64,000 nt of DNA from a bacterium BMS3Bbin03 (GCA_002898015.1 BDTM01000128.1:138418-202417), one strand, 5' to 3'. Positions 1-10,764 are shown, counted from the stretch's first letter. Numbers and translations are program-made. Notes: a model not told the origin generated them from the sequence alone.

Positions 1-947
1 GTTCTCGTTCATTAGCCCGGAATTACAATCCCGGATACAGTCCGGCAACAATCCGAAATGTGATGATGAATCTGGAGGAGAAGGGTTTTCTCCAGCAGCC
101 GCATGTTTCAGCCGGGCGTGTGCCGACAAATCTCGGCTACCGGTTTTATGTGGACAGTTTGATGAAACCGGAGCGCCTGACGTCCCGGGAAAAGAAAATT
201 ATTTTTGAAGATTTAAATATCGTGAATGCCGACATGAATCGCATTCTCGAACGCGCATCCAAACTGCTGGCAAAGATTTCGAAGCAATTGGGAGTTGTCC
301 TGATTCCCCATTTTTACGCTGGAATCTTTGAAAAATTAGAACTCGTTCCGATTTCCGGAAACCGAACGTTAATGGTTTTAAAGCTCAGTTCGGGTCTGGT
401 AAAAACCATCATGATGACATTAGACTTTCAAATTTCCCGGGAAAAGCTTAATACAACGGCAAGAATTCTCAACCAGCGTTTGTGCGGACTAAAATTGGGC
501 GAAATTAAACAAACGATCGACCAGCGTCTGCGGAACATTTCCGGCGGAAGGGGGAACATGATTCAATTTTTCATCAAGCAGGCGGATGAATTGTTCAATT
601 TTGATGCATGGGAGAATGTGTATTATGGGGGCGCCCAAAACATCGTGCATCAACCGGAATTTACCAGCCGGCGCAGTCTTGAATCGTTGATGACATTGTT
701 GGACAATCGGCGCAATATTGCCCAATCGTTGACGAAATTGGCAGATGAGAGAAAAATTGTCGTTAAAATTGGCGACGAGAATAAGGATCTGAATATTCAG
801 CAGTGCAGCCTTGTGACGTCCTCTTACTACGTGGGTAACGTCCGAGGTATTCTGGGAATCATTGGGCCGACCCGCATGCAATATTCAAAGATCATTCCGG
901 TTGTGGATTATATATCCCAGGTATTGAGCCGTGTTTTAACCAATTAG
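1..947 (+). CDS. hrcA: Heat-inducible transcription repressor HrcA (5' end outside window)
   Basis: Frame is open from the window edge: SRSLAR...SPATIRNVMMNLEEKGFLQQPHVSAGRVPT...GYRFYVD; C-terminal GILGIIGPTRMQY; followed by grpE. Confidence 0.95.
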   Translation, partial: SRSLARNYNPGYSPATIRNVMMNLEEKGFLQQPHVSAGRVPTNLGYRFYVDSLMKPERLTSREKKIIFEDLNIVNADMNRILERASKLLAKISKQLGVVLIPHFYAGIFEKLELVPISGNRTLMVLKLSSGLVKTIMMTLDFQISREKLNTTARILNQRLCGLKLGEIKQTIDQRLRNISGGRGNMIQFFIKQADELFNFDAWENVYYGGAQNIVHQPEFTSRRSLESLMTLLDNRRNIAQSLTKLADERKIVVKIGDENKDLNIQQCSLVTSSYYVGNVRGILGIIGPTRMQYSKIIPVVDYISQVLSRVLTN

Positions 948-954
948 GGGAATA

Positions 955-1482
955 ATGGAAGCCAAAAGAGAAAAAATAACGGCGGCAAAAAAAGCAAAAA
1001 AGCCCGGACGCCCGTCCAAAACAAAAGTACTTGAAGAAAAAATTGTAAAGTTGGAAAAGGAGCGGGATGCCGTAAAGGAACAATTGCTGCGTTTGGCCGC
1101 AGAATTTGAAAATTATAAAAAAATAACATCGCGTAATATTGAGAATCGCGTAAAAACGGCAAATGAAGATTTGCTTTTGAATTTGCTGCCGATTCTGGAT
1201 GATCTGGAACGTTCGCTGGAAGCCGGAAAAAAATCGCGCCGATTTAAAACCCTTTATGAGGGTATCGAGTTAATTTACAATAATTTTAAGACCTTGTTGG
1301 AAAAATATGGTGTCGAGCCGATAGAATCCGTCGGTCAGCCCTTTAATGTCGATGTGCATGAGGCTCTGCTGATGGTTGAAAATGACGAATATCCCTCTAA
1401 CGTGGTGCTTCAAGAACATCAAAAAGGCTATCGCTTAAAAGGGAAAGTCATTCGTCACGCGAAAGTCGTGGTGACCAAATAA
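955..1482 (+). CDS. grpE: Nucleotide exchange factor GrpE
   Basis: LRLAAEFENYKK, LLPILDDLERSL, F-x-x-D-x-HEA, KGYRLKGKVIRHAKVVV. Confidence 0.96.
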   Translation: MEAKREKITAAKKAKKPGRPSKTKVLEEKIVKLEKERDAVKEQLLRLAAEFENYKKITSRNIENRVKTANEDLLLNLLPILDDLERSLEAGKKSRRFKTLYEGIELIYNNFKTLLEKYGVEPIESVGQPFNVDVHEALLMVENDEYPSNVVLQEHQKGYRLKGKVIRHAKVVVTK

Positions 1483-1562
1483 GAGGTTCTGCAGCGGAGC
1501 TGGCTTTTCCTAAAAGTGAGAACCGCTTTTTTGCAGTTGATTCTTTGATTTTAGTTATATAA

Positions 1563-2708
<1,146 letters not shown>

Positions 2709-2792
2709 CAGGCGGGCAGACCCATAAAAAAATCTCCCAAAAATCTGGACTATTTTAAATTTACCGGGAATGAACTCAAAGTTCTTGTTCTT

Positions 2793-3152
2793 TTGATAAT
2801 TTTATTTCTAACTGTCGGCGGCTTTCAATTTTACCAAAAGTGGAAATTCAAACACCGGCCGGTGTCACCGGAAATTCTGGCGTTTGAAAAACAATATTTA
2901 CAGGCTGTTCAGAATGAGAAAAAGCGGCTTTCGGTGCACGCCCCCAAACGAATTTCAAGCGGAATGCGTATCGATTTAAACAAGGCCGCAAAAGAACAAC
3001 TGATTCTATTGCCCGGAATTGGGATCAAAACGGCGGAGAGGATTATTTCGTTTAGAGAGACACACGGATCATTCAGAAACAAAAAAGAATTAATGAAAAT
3101 TAAGGGGATCGGAAAGAAAAAATTTGAGGCACTTTTGCCGTATTTAAAATAG
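2793..3152 (+). CDS. comEA: ComEA-family helix-hairpin-helix DNA-binding protein (true start probably upstream)
   Basis: N-terminal hydrophobic anchor; IDLNKA..EQL..LPGIG.KTAERII.FRE..GSF...ELMKIKGIG HhH pair. Confidence 0.85.
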   Translation: MIILFLTVGGFQFYQKWKFKHRPVSPEILAFEKQYLQAVQNEKKRLSVHAPKRISSGMRIDLNKAAKEQLILLPGIGIKTAERIISFRETHGSFRNKKELMKIKGIGKKKFEALLPYLK

Positions 3153-3226
3153 GCAGGTGCCTAAAGAGGCCGGTTGAAGATTGAAAAGATTTACCGCAGC
3201 GGAAATTAGTTTAGACAGGAGGAAAA

Positions 3227-3877
3227 ATGCCAGTTTCAACATCAAGACCCAAGCCCAAAGGCTCGATTGTTTATGAAATTGTGATTGTTATTTTAGTGAT
3301 AATTTTAGTGTTCACGATCTGGTATCCGAAGAAGGTTTGGCAGCAATTAAACAAGGATGAAATGTTGTGCAGAGACCGTATGCAGCGCGTGTACGATGCT
3401 GAAGTTTTGTATAATTACAAATACGGCACCTATTCCGATACACTCGATTCCGTCATGAAATATGTCAAAACCGACAAAATTTTTACCACAGACACGGTTA
3501 TGGCCGCTCTTCGGGACACCTTTTATATAAAAATTTACCGTGATTATTTGCGGGATTACGCAAACATGCACACCTTAAAAGCTTCCGATTCCGCATTTAA
3601 AGTCGTTTCCGACACCACAGACACAGCAAAATTTAAAACCATCTACGCTATGTTGGATTCAATTACGCATGGTCCAACGGTATTACGCCCCTATAAAATA
3701 ACGGTCGTGGATACTTCTGCAGCCAAAGGGCTTATTATCCAATGCCCGATTGACAGCGTAGACATGGCAAAGCAAAACTCAAAATTCTTTTTCCATGTTC
3801 TTGCAGGTGGCCGTTTACAAAATCACGGCAAAATTGTAAACGGAGAACCAAGCTGGATTCAGATAAAACGAAGATAG
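3227..3877 (+). CDS. Putative type IV pilin-like protein
   Basis: Basic leader ending KPKG, then SIVYE (Glu at +5) and a ~20-aa hydrophobic helix, i.e. a class III signal pattern; adjacent to pilM-like gene. Confidence 0.55.
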   Translation: MPVSTSRPKPKGSIVYEIVIVILVIILVFTIWYPKKVWQQLNKDEMLCRDRMQRVYDAEVLYNYKYGTYSDTLDSVMKYVKTDKIFTTDTVMAALRDTFYIKIYRDYLRDYANMHTLKASDSAFKVVSDTTDTAKFKTIYAMLDSITHGPTVLRPYKITVVDTSAAKGLIIQCPIDSVDMAKQNSKFFFHVLAGGRLQNHGKIVNGEPSWIQIKRR

Positions 3878-3952
3878 GAGCAGGCCTAATCGTCCTGTTC
3901 TTGTCTAATCTGTTTGAGTACAAAAAATACATGACGCCGAAAGGGAGCATTT

Positions 3953-4894
3953 ATGGGTGAATCCGCGGTTGGGGCAGTCTTTTTAGAAGATATTCTTCAG
4001 CTTGTGCAAATTGCAAGGAAAGAAGATGGCGGCTGGAAACTCGAAAAATTTGTACAAGAAAAATTTCCGCACAAATTCCGATTGTTGACGCTGAGTGACG
4101 ACGCTCGTTTTGGTGATTTGAAGGAGATGGTTCAGGGCGTTTTAGGCAGAGATTCCTGGGCAGAAAATACCAGTGTGGCCATCGACCACGAGCTGCTGTT
4201 TGTCAAAGAGACTTCCGTGGACCCGGGTTTACCGGAGGATGAGAAAAAAAAGCAGATTTTGTGGGAATCTCAACAATTTCTTCCCGAAAACCTGAGTGGA
4301 GATTACAAAGTTTCATTCGCCGGAATCAATGCGGACGACACTTTCGTTGTTCTGGTTCTCTTTCGGAAATTGGTGCTTGAACGCATTCAGCAAATTTTAC
4401 AGGGTGCCGGCAAAACGTTCGGTTTTATGGATGTGGATACCTTTTCCGCGATGACCGCCATTGAAAAATTGTTTGATCCCAAAGGCCGCCTCGTGGGTTT
4501 GGCAGATGTTCGCAAAAAAGCCGTGCAGTTAACATTTTTAAAAGACGGAAATTATTTCAGATCACGGGAAGTGAAATTCGCCGATTCTGAAGAAGATGTT
4601 TTTGAATCCGATCAAAATCTTGCAAATTTGTTGAATAAGGAGATCAATCGGCTGCTCCTTGATGCGGAAATACATGAATCCGATTCACCCGTGTCGCAAC
4701 TGTATGTTTTTGGAGAGAGAGCCGCTTCGGAACTGGTTTCGGCTCTGGAGGGCGGCCCTTCGTTAGAAGTAAAGTTGGCAGATCCTTTTAAATCCATTAA
4801 AATTGAAGAGGATTTACAATCCGCCGTAGATAAAATTGAAAATCCTGCCAATTGGTTGATTGGGTTTGGTGCGGCGCTGCAGTTGCTCGGTTAG
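3953..4894 (+). CDS. pilM: PilM-like type IV pilus assembly protein (actin-like fold)
   Basis: QILWESQQFLP, DVDTFS, ADV...QLTFLKDG.YFRSR, EINRLL...LYVFG, ADPF...GFGAAL resemble PilM motifs in order. Confidence 0.7.
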   Translation: MGESAVGAVFLEDILQLVQIARKEDGGWKLEKFVQEKFPHKFRLLTLSDDARFGDLKEMVQGVLGRDSWAENTSVAIDHELLFVKETSVDPGLPEDEKKKQILWESQQFLPENLSGDYKVSFAGINADDTFVVLVLFRKLVLERIQQILQGAGKTFGFMDVDTFSAMTAIEKLFDPKGRLVGLADVRKKAVQLTFLKDGNYFRSREVKFADSEEDVFESDQNLANLLNKEINRLLLDAEIHESDSPVSQLYVFGERAASELVSALEGGPSLEVKLADPFKSIKIEEDLQSAVDKIENPANWLIGFGAALQLLG

Positions 4895-4930
4895 GGGCAA
4901 AAAAAACTCTTCATCATTGGAGGAAATGAT

Positions 4931-5992
4931 GTGTTAAAAATTAATTTATTAGAAGCAGAGGACATTCTTTCTCGGGCAGAGAAACAGGAGATAAAGGAGT
5001 CGGAATTCTTAACTGCCGAAGGTCTTGGTCCCCCGGAAGAACAAAAACCTCCGATTTCAGAAGAAGTGCCGGAAGCGAAACCCGAAAAAGAGACACTGAT
5101 TCCGGAGACGGCCGAAAAACCGGCACCGCCCGAATTTACATTTCCGACAAAGAGCAAATTCCCGGTCATTCCCATTTTGATCGTTCTGTTTGTCGTGATT
5201 ATTGCCGGCGGCTACTATCTTTTTTTGGGTAAAGAGAAGGGCAAATCAACACCCCCAAAGGCGGCAAGTACGATATCAGAGGCCGGAAAAGCCACGCCTG
5301 AAGGTCAAAAACCGGCGGCACAGAAGCCCGCCGGAACAACGTTAAAGACGACAGCGTCAAAAAGCACACCGGCCGCACCTTCGGCAGTGACATTGCCCGC
5401 GGGCCTTGCCGGCCAGAGAAGAGCGGGACAGACGGCGGTCAATTTTTTTGGAAAAATTCTGTCTTCTCTTCCGGCGGGCACAAAAATTGCCTTTTTAAGT
5501 TTTGATTCCGGCTCATTTACGCTTGAACTATTTTCAAATACGGCGCAGAAGTTTGACAAATTTTTGAAAAATGCCAGGGCAAATGAACCTTCGTTAACCT
5601 ACAAAATCGTCACGAATGATAAGACTTTTTACAAGGGGGCTGTCCGGAATCATATGATCCTGAACGGCCAAATTACATCTTCCGGTACCGGCGTGGCATC
5701 GGGCACTATTCTGACTGCCGGTCAGGTTCGAAAATCCGTAAATCGGCTTGCCAGGGCGGATAAAGTCCGAATCCGCCAGATACAGCAGGTTCGGCCGATA
5801 AAAGATGCCGCCGGCAAGCGGATTCCGATAACCATCAAAATAACGGCCAGGCAGAAAAATACGCTGAAATTTATTTCGGATTTGCTGAATAATTATCAAA
5901 ATATCGGGGCTTCCCGCCTGCTTATCAGCGCGTCCAGAACCCGTGCTTCTGAATTGAATGCGGTTCTGAATCTAAATCTTTTTGTTGAATGA
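4931..5992 (+). CDS. PilN-like protein, probably a PilN-PilO fusion
   Basis: N-terminal KINLL (PilM-binding INLL motif), single TM helix, two C-terminal domains with PilN-like and PilO-like patterns. Confidence 0.55.
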   Translation: MLKINLLEAEDILSRAEKQEIKESEFLTAEGLGPPEEQKPPISEEVPEAKPEKETLIPETAEKPAPPEFTFPTKSKFPVIPILIVLFVVIIAGGYYLFLGKEKGKSTPPKAASTISEAGKATPEGQKPAAQKPAGTTLKTTASKSTPAAPSAVTLPAGLAGQRRAGQTAVNFFGKILSSLPAGTKIAFLSFDSGSFTLELFSNTAQKFDKFLKNARANEPSLTYKIVTNDKTFYKGAVRNHMILNGQITSSGTGVASGTILTAGQVRKSVNRLARADKVRIRQIQQVRPIKDAAGKRIPITIKITARQKNTLKFISDLLNNYQNIGASRLLISASRTRASELNAVLNLNLFVE

Positions 5993-5998
5993 TCTGAG

Positions 5999-6556
5999 AT
6001 GCGCGTCATTGCCGGGCGATGGGGCGGCATTCGCCTGACGTTCCATGCACAAAAGGGGGTGCGTCCGACCACCGACCGGGTGAAAGAAACGCTCTTCAAT
6101 ATTCTGTCGGATCGGGTTGAGGGAGCGCAGGTGTTAGACCTTTTTGCCGGAACGGGATCCTGGGGGATTGAAGCGTTGAGCCGGGGGGCAAAATTTGTGG
6201 TTTTTGTAGAAAAATCACAGCGGATGGTTGAGAATATTCGAGAAAATTTGCAAAGCGTACGGTGCACCGAAAACTTTAAAATTGTGATTCAGGATGTTCA
6301 CCGGTTTTTAAAAAAGTGTCATTGTTCGGAGGCTCCATTTGATCTGATTTTTGCCGATCCACCCTACTCTTTGAAGCTGGGAGACACATTAGTCAGAGCC
6401 CTTTCACAGCAGGATTTTTTAAAGCGAAGGGGCATTTTTATTTTAAAACACGGCTCGGGTGAAGAAATTTCAGATACCGAAAGTTTGAAGCGCACCCGCA
6501 TTAAGAAAATGGGCGAGACCCAATTGTCATTTTTCAGGTTTGAAAAAAAAGGATAA
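5999..6556 (+). CDS. rsmD: 16S rRNA m2G966 methyltransferase RsmD
   Basis: MRVIAG, RPTTDRVKETLFN, DLFAGTG..GIEALSRGA, ADPPY; precedes coaD. Confidence 0.95.
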   Translation: MRVIAGRWGGIRLTFHAQKGVRPTTDRVKETLFNILSDRVEGAQVLDLFAGTGSWGIEALSRGAKFVVFVEKSQRMVENIRENLQSVRCTENFKIVIQDVHRFLKKCHCSEAPFDLIFADPPYSLKLGDTLVRALSQQDFLKRRGIFILKHGSGEEISDTESLKRTRIKKMGETQLSFFRFEKKG

Positions 6557-6559
6557 ACG

Positions 6560-7048
6560 ATGAAAATTGCTATTTATCCGGGCACATTTGATCCCATTAC
6601 GCACGGGCACATTGATGTTGTTGAACGAGCCGTGACTCTTTTTGATCGGGTGGTGATCACGATTGCCATAAATGCCGTAAAAAAACCGCTGTTTTCCGTC
6701 AAAGAGCGGCAAGAGATGATTGCGGAATCAACAAAGCATTTGCAGAATATTGAGGTGGATGCCTTCGAGGGCTTGTTGATGGAATATGCAAAAAGGAAAA
6801 ACGCCGTGGCCGTGATTCGCGGATTGCGCGCGATTTCGGATTTTGAGTATGAATTACAGATGGCTCTCATGAATCGAAAATTAGCGGAAGAGGTGGTCAC
6901 AGTCTTTTTAATGCCCAATGTCAAATATACCTATTTAAATTCCACGATTGTGAAAGAGGTCGCCGGTTTCGGCGGAGATGTTTCCGGTCTTGTTCCGGAA
7001 AGTGTTGAGAAACGGCTGCAGAAGAAATTCCGGAAAAACGGAATTTAA
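6560..7048 (+). CDS. coaD: Pantetheine-phosphate adenylyltransferase
   Basis: YPGTFDPITHGH, RGLRAISDFEYE. Confidence 0.97.
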   Translation: MKIAIYPGTFDPITHGHIDVVERAVTLFDRVVITIAINAVKKPLFSVKERQEMIAESTKHLQNIEVDAFEGLLMEYAKRKNAVAVIRGLRAISDFEYELQMALMNRKLAEEVVTVFLMPNVKYTYLNSTIVKEVAGFGGDVSGLVPESVEKRLQKKFRKNGI

Positions 7049-7135
7049 TCCGCTGCGGACGGCCCTGGCGGATCCCAATTCTTTTTCGAGTGATGAAAAG
7101 AACTAAATCTACACCAATCAAAAAACGGAGCGAAA

Positions 7136-8116
7136 ATGGACTTTATTCAATCGATTCAAGATAAAGCAAGAAACCGGAAGCGGACGGTGGTACTTCCGGA
7201 AGGCACCGAAGACCGGATGATTCGGGCAGCGGCGATTATTCGGGAAAAAAGAATCGCCGATTTAATTCTTTTGGCTGATGAAAATGAAATTCGCGGGAAG
7301 GCGAAAAAATTGGGGGTTGATTTGGAGGGTGTGACGATCCTTGATCCCGAGAAAAGCCCCGACTTCGACTCGTACGCGGAAACCTATTACGAGCTGCGGA
7401 AAGAGAAGGGCATGACGCCGGAGCAAGCCCGCGAAGTCATGAAAAACCCGTTATTCTTCGGAGCCATGCTGGTGAGAAAACATATTGCCGACGGCAGTGT
7501 GGCCGGCTCCGTCAACACAACCGGAAACGTGCTGCGGGCGGCGCTGCACATTATCGGACTGGCGCCGGGCATTTCCGTCGTGTCGGGCGCGTTCGCAATG
7601 GTCGTTCCCGGCTGGGAGCGCGTATTTACGTTTGCCGACAGTGCCGTCGTTCCCGACCCGACTCCGGAGCAGTTGGCGGCGATTGCCCGGAGTTCGGCGC
7701 AAACCCATCAAAACCTGACCGGCGAAGAACCCATTGTGGCGATGCTCTCATTCTCCACAAAGGGAAGTGCGGCGCACCCGCGCGTGGACAAGGTGCTGGA
7801 AGCCTTAAAGCTGGCGAAAGAGGCCGATCCCGCGCTGAAAATTGACGGCGAACTTCAGGTGGATGCGGCCATTGTGCCGGAAATCGGCACCCGTAAAGCA
7901 CCGGGCTCCGATGTGGCCGGGAAAGCCAATGTGCTGATTTTCCCGGACCTGGATTCCGGGAATATTGCGTACAAATTGGTAAACCGTTTCGCAAAAGCCG
8001 AAGCGATTGGCCCGATTATTCAGGGGCTCAACCAGCCGGCAAATGATTTGTCGCGCGGCTGCAGCGTGGAAGATATAGTGAATGTTGTGGCTATTTGTTC
8101 ATTAAAGGCAAAATAG
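7136..8116 (+). CDS. pta: Phosphate acetyltransferase (short form)
   Basis: VLPEG, FADSAVVPDP, AMLSFSTKGSA, DGELQVDAA, NVLIFPDLDSGNIAYK, NDLSRGCS. Confidence 0.93.
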   Translation: MDFIQSIQDKARNRKRTVVLPEGTEDRMIRAAAIIREKRIADLILLADENEIRGKAKKLGVDLEGVTILDPEKSPDFDSYAETYYELRKEKGMTPEQAREVMKNPLFFGAMLVRKHIADGSVAGSVNTTGNVLRAALHIIGLAPGISVVSGAFAMVVPGWERVFTFADSAVVPDPTPEQLAAIARSSAQTHQNLTGEEPIVAMLSFSTKGSAAHPRVDKVLEALKLAKEADPALKIDGELQVDAAIVPEIGTRKAPGSDVAGKANVLIFPDLDSGNIAYKLVNRFAKAEAIGPIIQGLNQPANDLSRGCSVEDIVNVVAICSLKAK

Positions 8117-8131
8117 ACGACAGGAGCCTCT

Positions 8132-9328
8132 ATGCATCTTGCGGACCGGGTCGATAGAATTCAAAGCTCAAAAACAGTTTCAATTACGAATACCGTTCTT
8201 AAAATGAAACAGGAGGGATATGACGTTATCTCTCTGGGAGCGGGTGAGCCGGATTTTGAAACGCCTGATTTTATTAAAAAAGCGGCGATTGAAGCCATTC
8301 AAACCGGAAAGACCAAATATACCCAGGTGATGGGAATTCCCGAACTCCGAAAAGCGATTGTTGAGAAATTTAAGCGCGACAACGATCTCGACTACGGCAT
8401 CGACCGGGTGGTGGTGACAACAGGCGGAAAACAGGCGCTCTTCAATGCGGTGCTTGCAATCTGCCAGGAGGGGGACGAAGTGCTTGTCCCTTCTCCTTTC
8501 TGGGTTAGCTATCCGGAACAAATTCAAATGGCCGGTGCGACCCTGGTGCCGGTAAAGGCGCTGCCGGAAAACGGGTTCAAAATAGACCCGGAAGATTTGA
8601 AAGCGGCAATAACGCCTCGCACCAAACTGGTCATTTTTAACAATCCGGTCAATCCCACCGGGGCGGTTTATGACTTTCAGACCCTCGAACAGATTGCAAA
8701 AATAGTAGCGGAAGCACACATATGGGCGCTCACCGATGAAATTTATGAAAAGATTGTGTTTGATGGCGTCCGGCACTATTCATTGGCCGCCTTTCCGGAA
8801 ATCAAGGAACAGGTCGTTGTGGTCAATGGCGTTTCCAAGGCGTTCGCGATGACGGGCTGGAGGATTGGTTTTGCGGCGGGCTCCAAAGAAGTAATTTCGG
8901 CCATGAACAAAATCCAGGGGCACAGCACCTCGAATGCCAACACAATGGCCCAGTGGGCGAGCGTGGCCGCTTTAAACAGCGATTGGCAGAATCTGCAATG
9001 GATGGTTGATGAATTTGAAAAAAGACGAAATTTTGTGGTCGAACGGCTTTCGGCCATGCCGGACGTCGCGAGTGTAAAACCGGCCGGCACGTTTTATATT
9101 TTTCCAAAAGTTTCTTCCTATTTCGGAAAAAAGTATGGAAAATATGAAATTAGAGATTCGCTTTCATTTTGTCAATTTTTATTGGAAGAAGAAAAGGTGG
9201 CTCTTATTCCCGGAGAGGCGTTCGGCGCAGATGAATTTGTTCGGATTTCTTTTGCCGCCTCCTTTGCCGATCTTGAGAAAGGGATGAACCGGATCGGGCA
9301 GGGACTTACAAAATTGTACTCTCTTTGA
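8132..9328 (+). CDS. Class I PLP-dependent (aspartate) aminotransferase
   Basis: GEPDF, NNPVNPTG, DEIYE, SKAFAMTGWRIG, RISFA. Confidence 0.92.
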   Translation: MHLADRVDRIQSSKTVSITNTVLKMKQEGYDVISLGAGEPDFETPDFIKKAAIEAIQTGKTKYTQVMGIPELRKAIVEKFKRDNDLDYGIDRVVVTTGGKQALFNAVLAICQEGDEVLVPSPFWVSYPEQIQMAGATLVPVKALPENGFKIDPEDLKAAITPRTKLVIFNNPVNPTGAVYDFQTLEQIAKIVAEAHIWALTDEIYEKIVFDGVRHYSLAAFPEIKEQVVVVNGVSKAFAMTGWRIGFAAGSKEVISAMNKIQGHSTSNANTMAQWASVAALNSDWQNLQWMVDEFEKRRNFVVERLSAMPDVASVKPAGTFYIFPKVSSYFGKKYGKYEIRDSLSFCQFLLEEEKVALIPGEAFGADEFVRISFAASFADLEKGMNRIGQGLTKLYSL

Positions 9329-9620
9329 AAACGATTAAGGGCGTGGGATAAAACAGGTTGTTCCTATTAATTTTGTAACGAATTGATTTTTAAGGGCAAA
9401 TGGAATCCCAGGGTCCAAGTGATTTAATCCCACCCCCTAAAGGGAACGAATTGATAAGTCGATAATAATTAGAGTTCAATTCGTTTGTAGTTATGGAACA
9501 ATATTTGTATAAAATTGTAGAAAAATCCTGAATCCGGCAAAAAGTGATCAGATTTTTCCTGATTTTGTTCCCCCGTGAATCATTTTGAAACAGCCAGGAA
9601 AAATGGGCTGAGGAGAGTAC

Positions 9621-10751
9621 ATGATGGATGCTTTGGGACTTAATGAAACACTGCTGTTAGGGTCTCGAAAGTTTTATTTTGAAACAAATTATCTGGAGGA
9701 AGAAAATCGAGTCGTTGCCCACAGCTTTGAAGACGGCGTTGCCCTTGATTCCAGGGAGCGGCGGCTTTCACCGGATGCGGACGAAAAAGACATTCAAAAT
9801 ACCGTTAAGGTGCTGCAGCGCGAAAGCATTCGGGAAATCGAGGTTCTTTTCTATATTCAGAAAAAAGTGTGGCGAAAGCGGCATGCGCTTTCTTATAATA
9901 AACTGGGCGTTATTTTCCTGAAGAAAAACTTAATCAAAGATGCACAGAAAAATCTTCAGGAAGCCATTGCGATTGATGAGAATTTTATTGATGCGCATAA
10001 AAATTTGGCCGTCTGTTTTATTCACAGTCAACAATTCGACCGGGCATTAAAGGTTCTTGAAAAAGCCATTGAAAAAAGACCGGATCTTCCGGATTTATAC
10101 AATTACAAAGGAGTGGCGCTTTTAGGAGAAAAGAATTTCATCGATTCCGTTCAGGCCTTTGAAAAAGCACTTTCGTTAAATGAAAATTTTTCGCTGGCCC
10201 ATTTAAATTTGGGGCTGGCCTATTTAACCGGGTTGGTTGAGTCACCTGTTCATCCGCAATTGCTGCCTCTGGAAGAACGTCAAAAGAAGAGTATCGAACA
10301 CTTAAGGATCGCATTTGAATTAAAAAAAGAGTTACAAACGCCTGAATATTCTGCGATTGTTCAAAAAGTGGAAAATTCTCAATTCCGGGAAGCGCTGGAT
10401 GAATTGCTCGAAATTCACAAAAACGTGGCGTTTTCGCTAAATTCTGTTTTGGAGAACGAGTTTTATCTGAATTTTATGTTCGGGGGAAAGAGTAAAGATG
10501 AAGGGGCCGTTGCGAATTACATCGAGGGGCTGAAAGAAGAAATCGCGCTTCACCCCCGGTACCCGGATTTGTACAACCATTTAGGCGTGGCGTATTTGAT
10601 CCAGTGCCGCAATTTGTTTTTGCGCGCCCTGGGTGAATTTCGGCGGGCGATTAAATTGAATCCGGAATACAAACAGGCCCGGAAGAATTTAAAATTGGCG
10701 GAAAATGAGGGGAAAGGGCTTTTAATCTTGTTGAGGGCATTGTTGAAATAA
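9621..10751 (+). CDS. Tetratricopeptide repeat protein with unknown N-terminal domain, no signal peptide
   Basis: Repeated TPR units (YNKLGVIF, AHKNLAVC, LYNYKGVA, AHLNLGLAY, LYNHLGVAY); RBS GAGGAG upstream. Confidence 0.8.
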   Translation: MMDALGLNETLLLGSRKFYFETNYLEEENRVVAHSFEDGVALDSRERRLSPDADEKDIQNTVKVLQRESIREIEVLFYIQKKVWRKRHALSYNKLGVIFLKKNLIKDAQKNLQEAIAIDENFIDAHKNLAVCFIHSQQFDRALKVLEKAIEKRPDLPDLYNYKGVALLGEKNFIDSVQAFEKALSLNENFSLAHLNLGLAYLTGLVESPVHPQLLPLEERQKKSIEHLRIAFELKKELQTPEYSAIVQKVENSQFREALDELLEIHKNVAFSLNSVLENEFYLNFMFGGKSKDEGAVANYIEGLKEEIALHPRYPDLYNHLGVAYLIQCRNLFLRALGEFRRAIKLNPEYKQARKNLKLAENEGKGLLILLRALLK

Positions 10752-10764
10752 TGTAAAGGTTACC

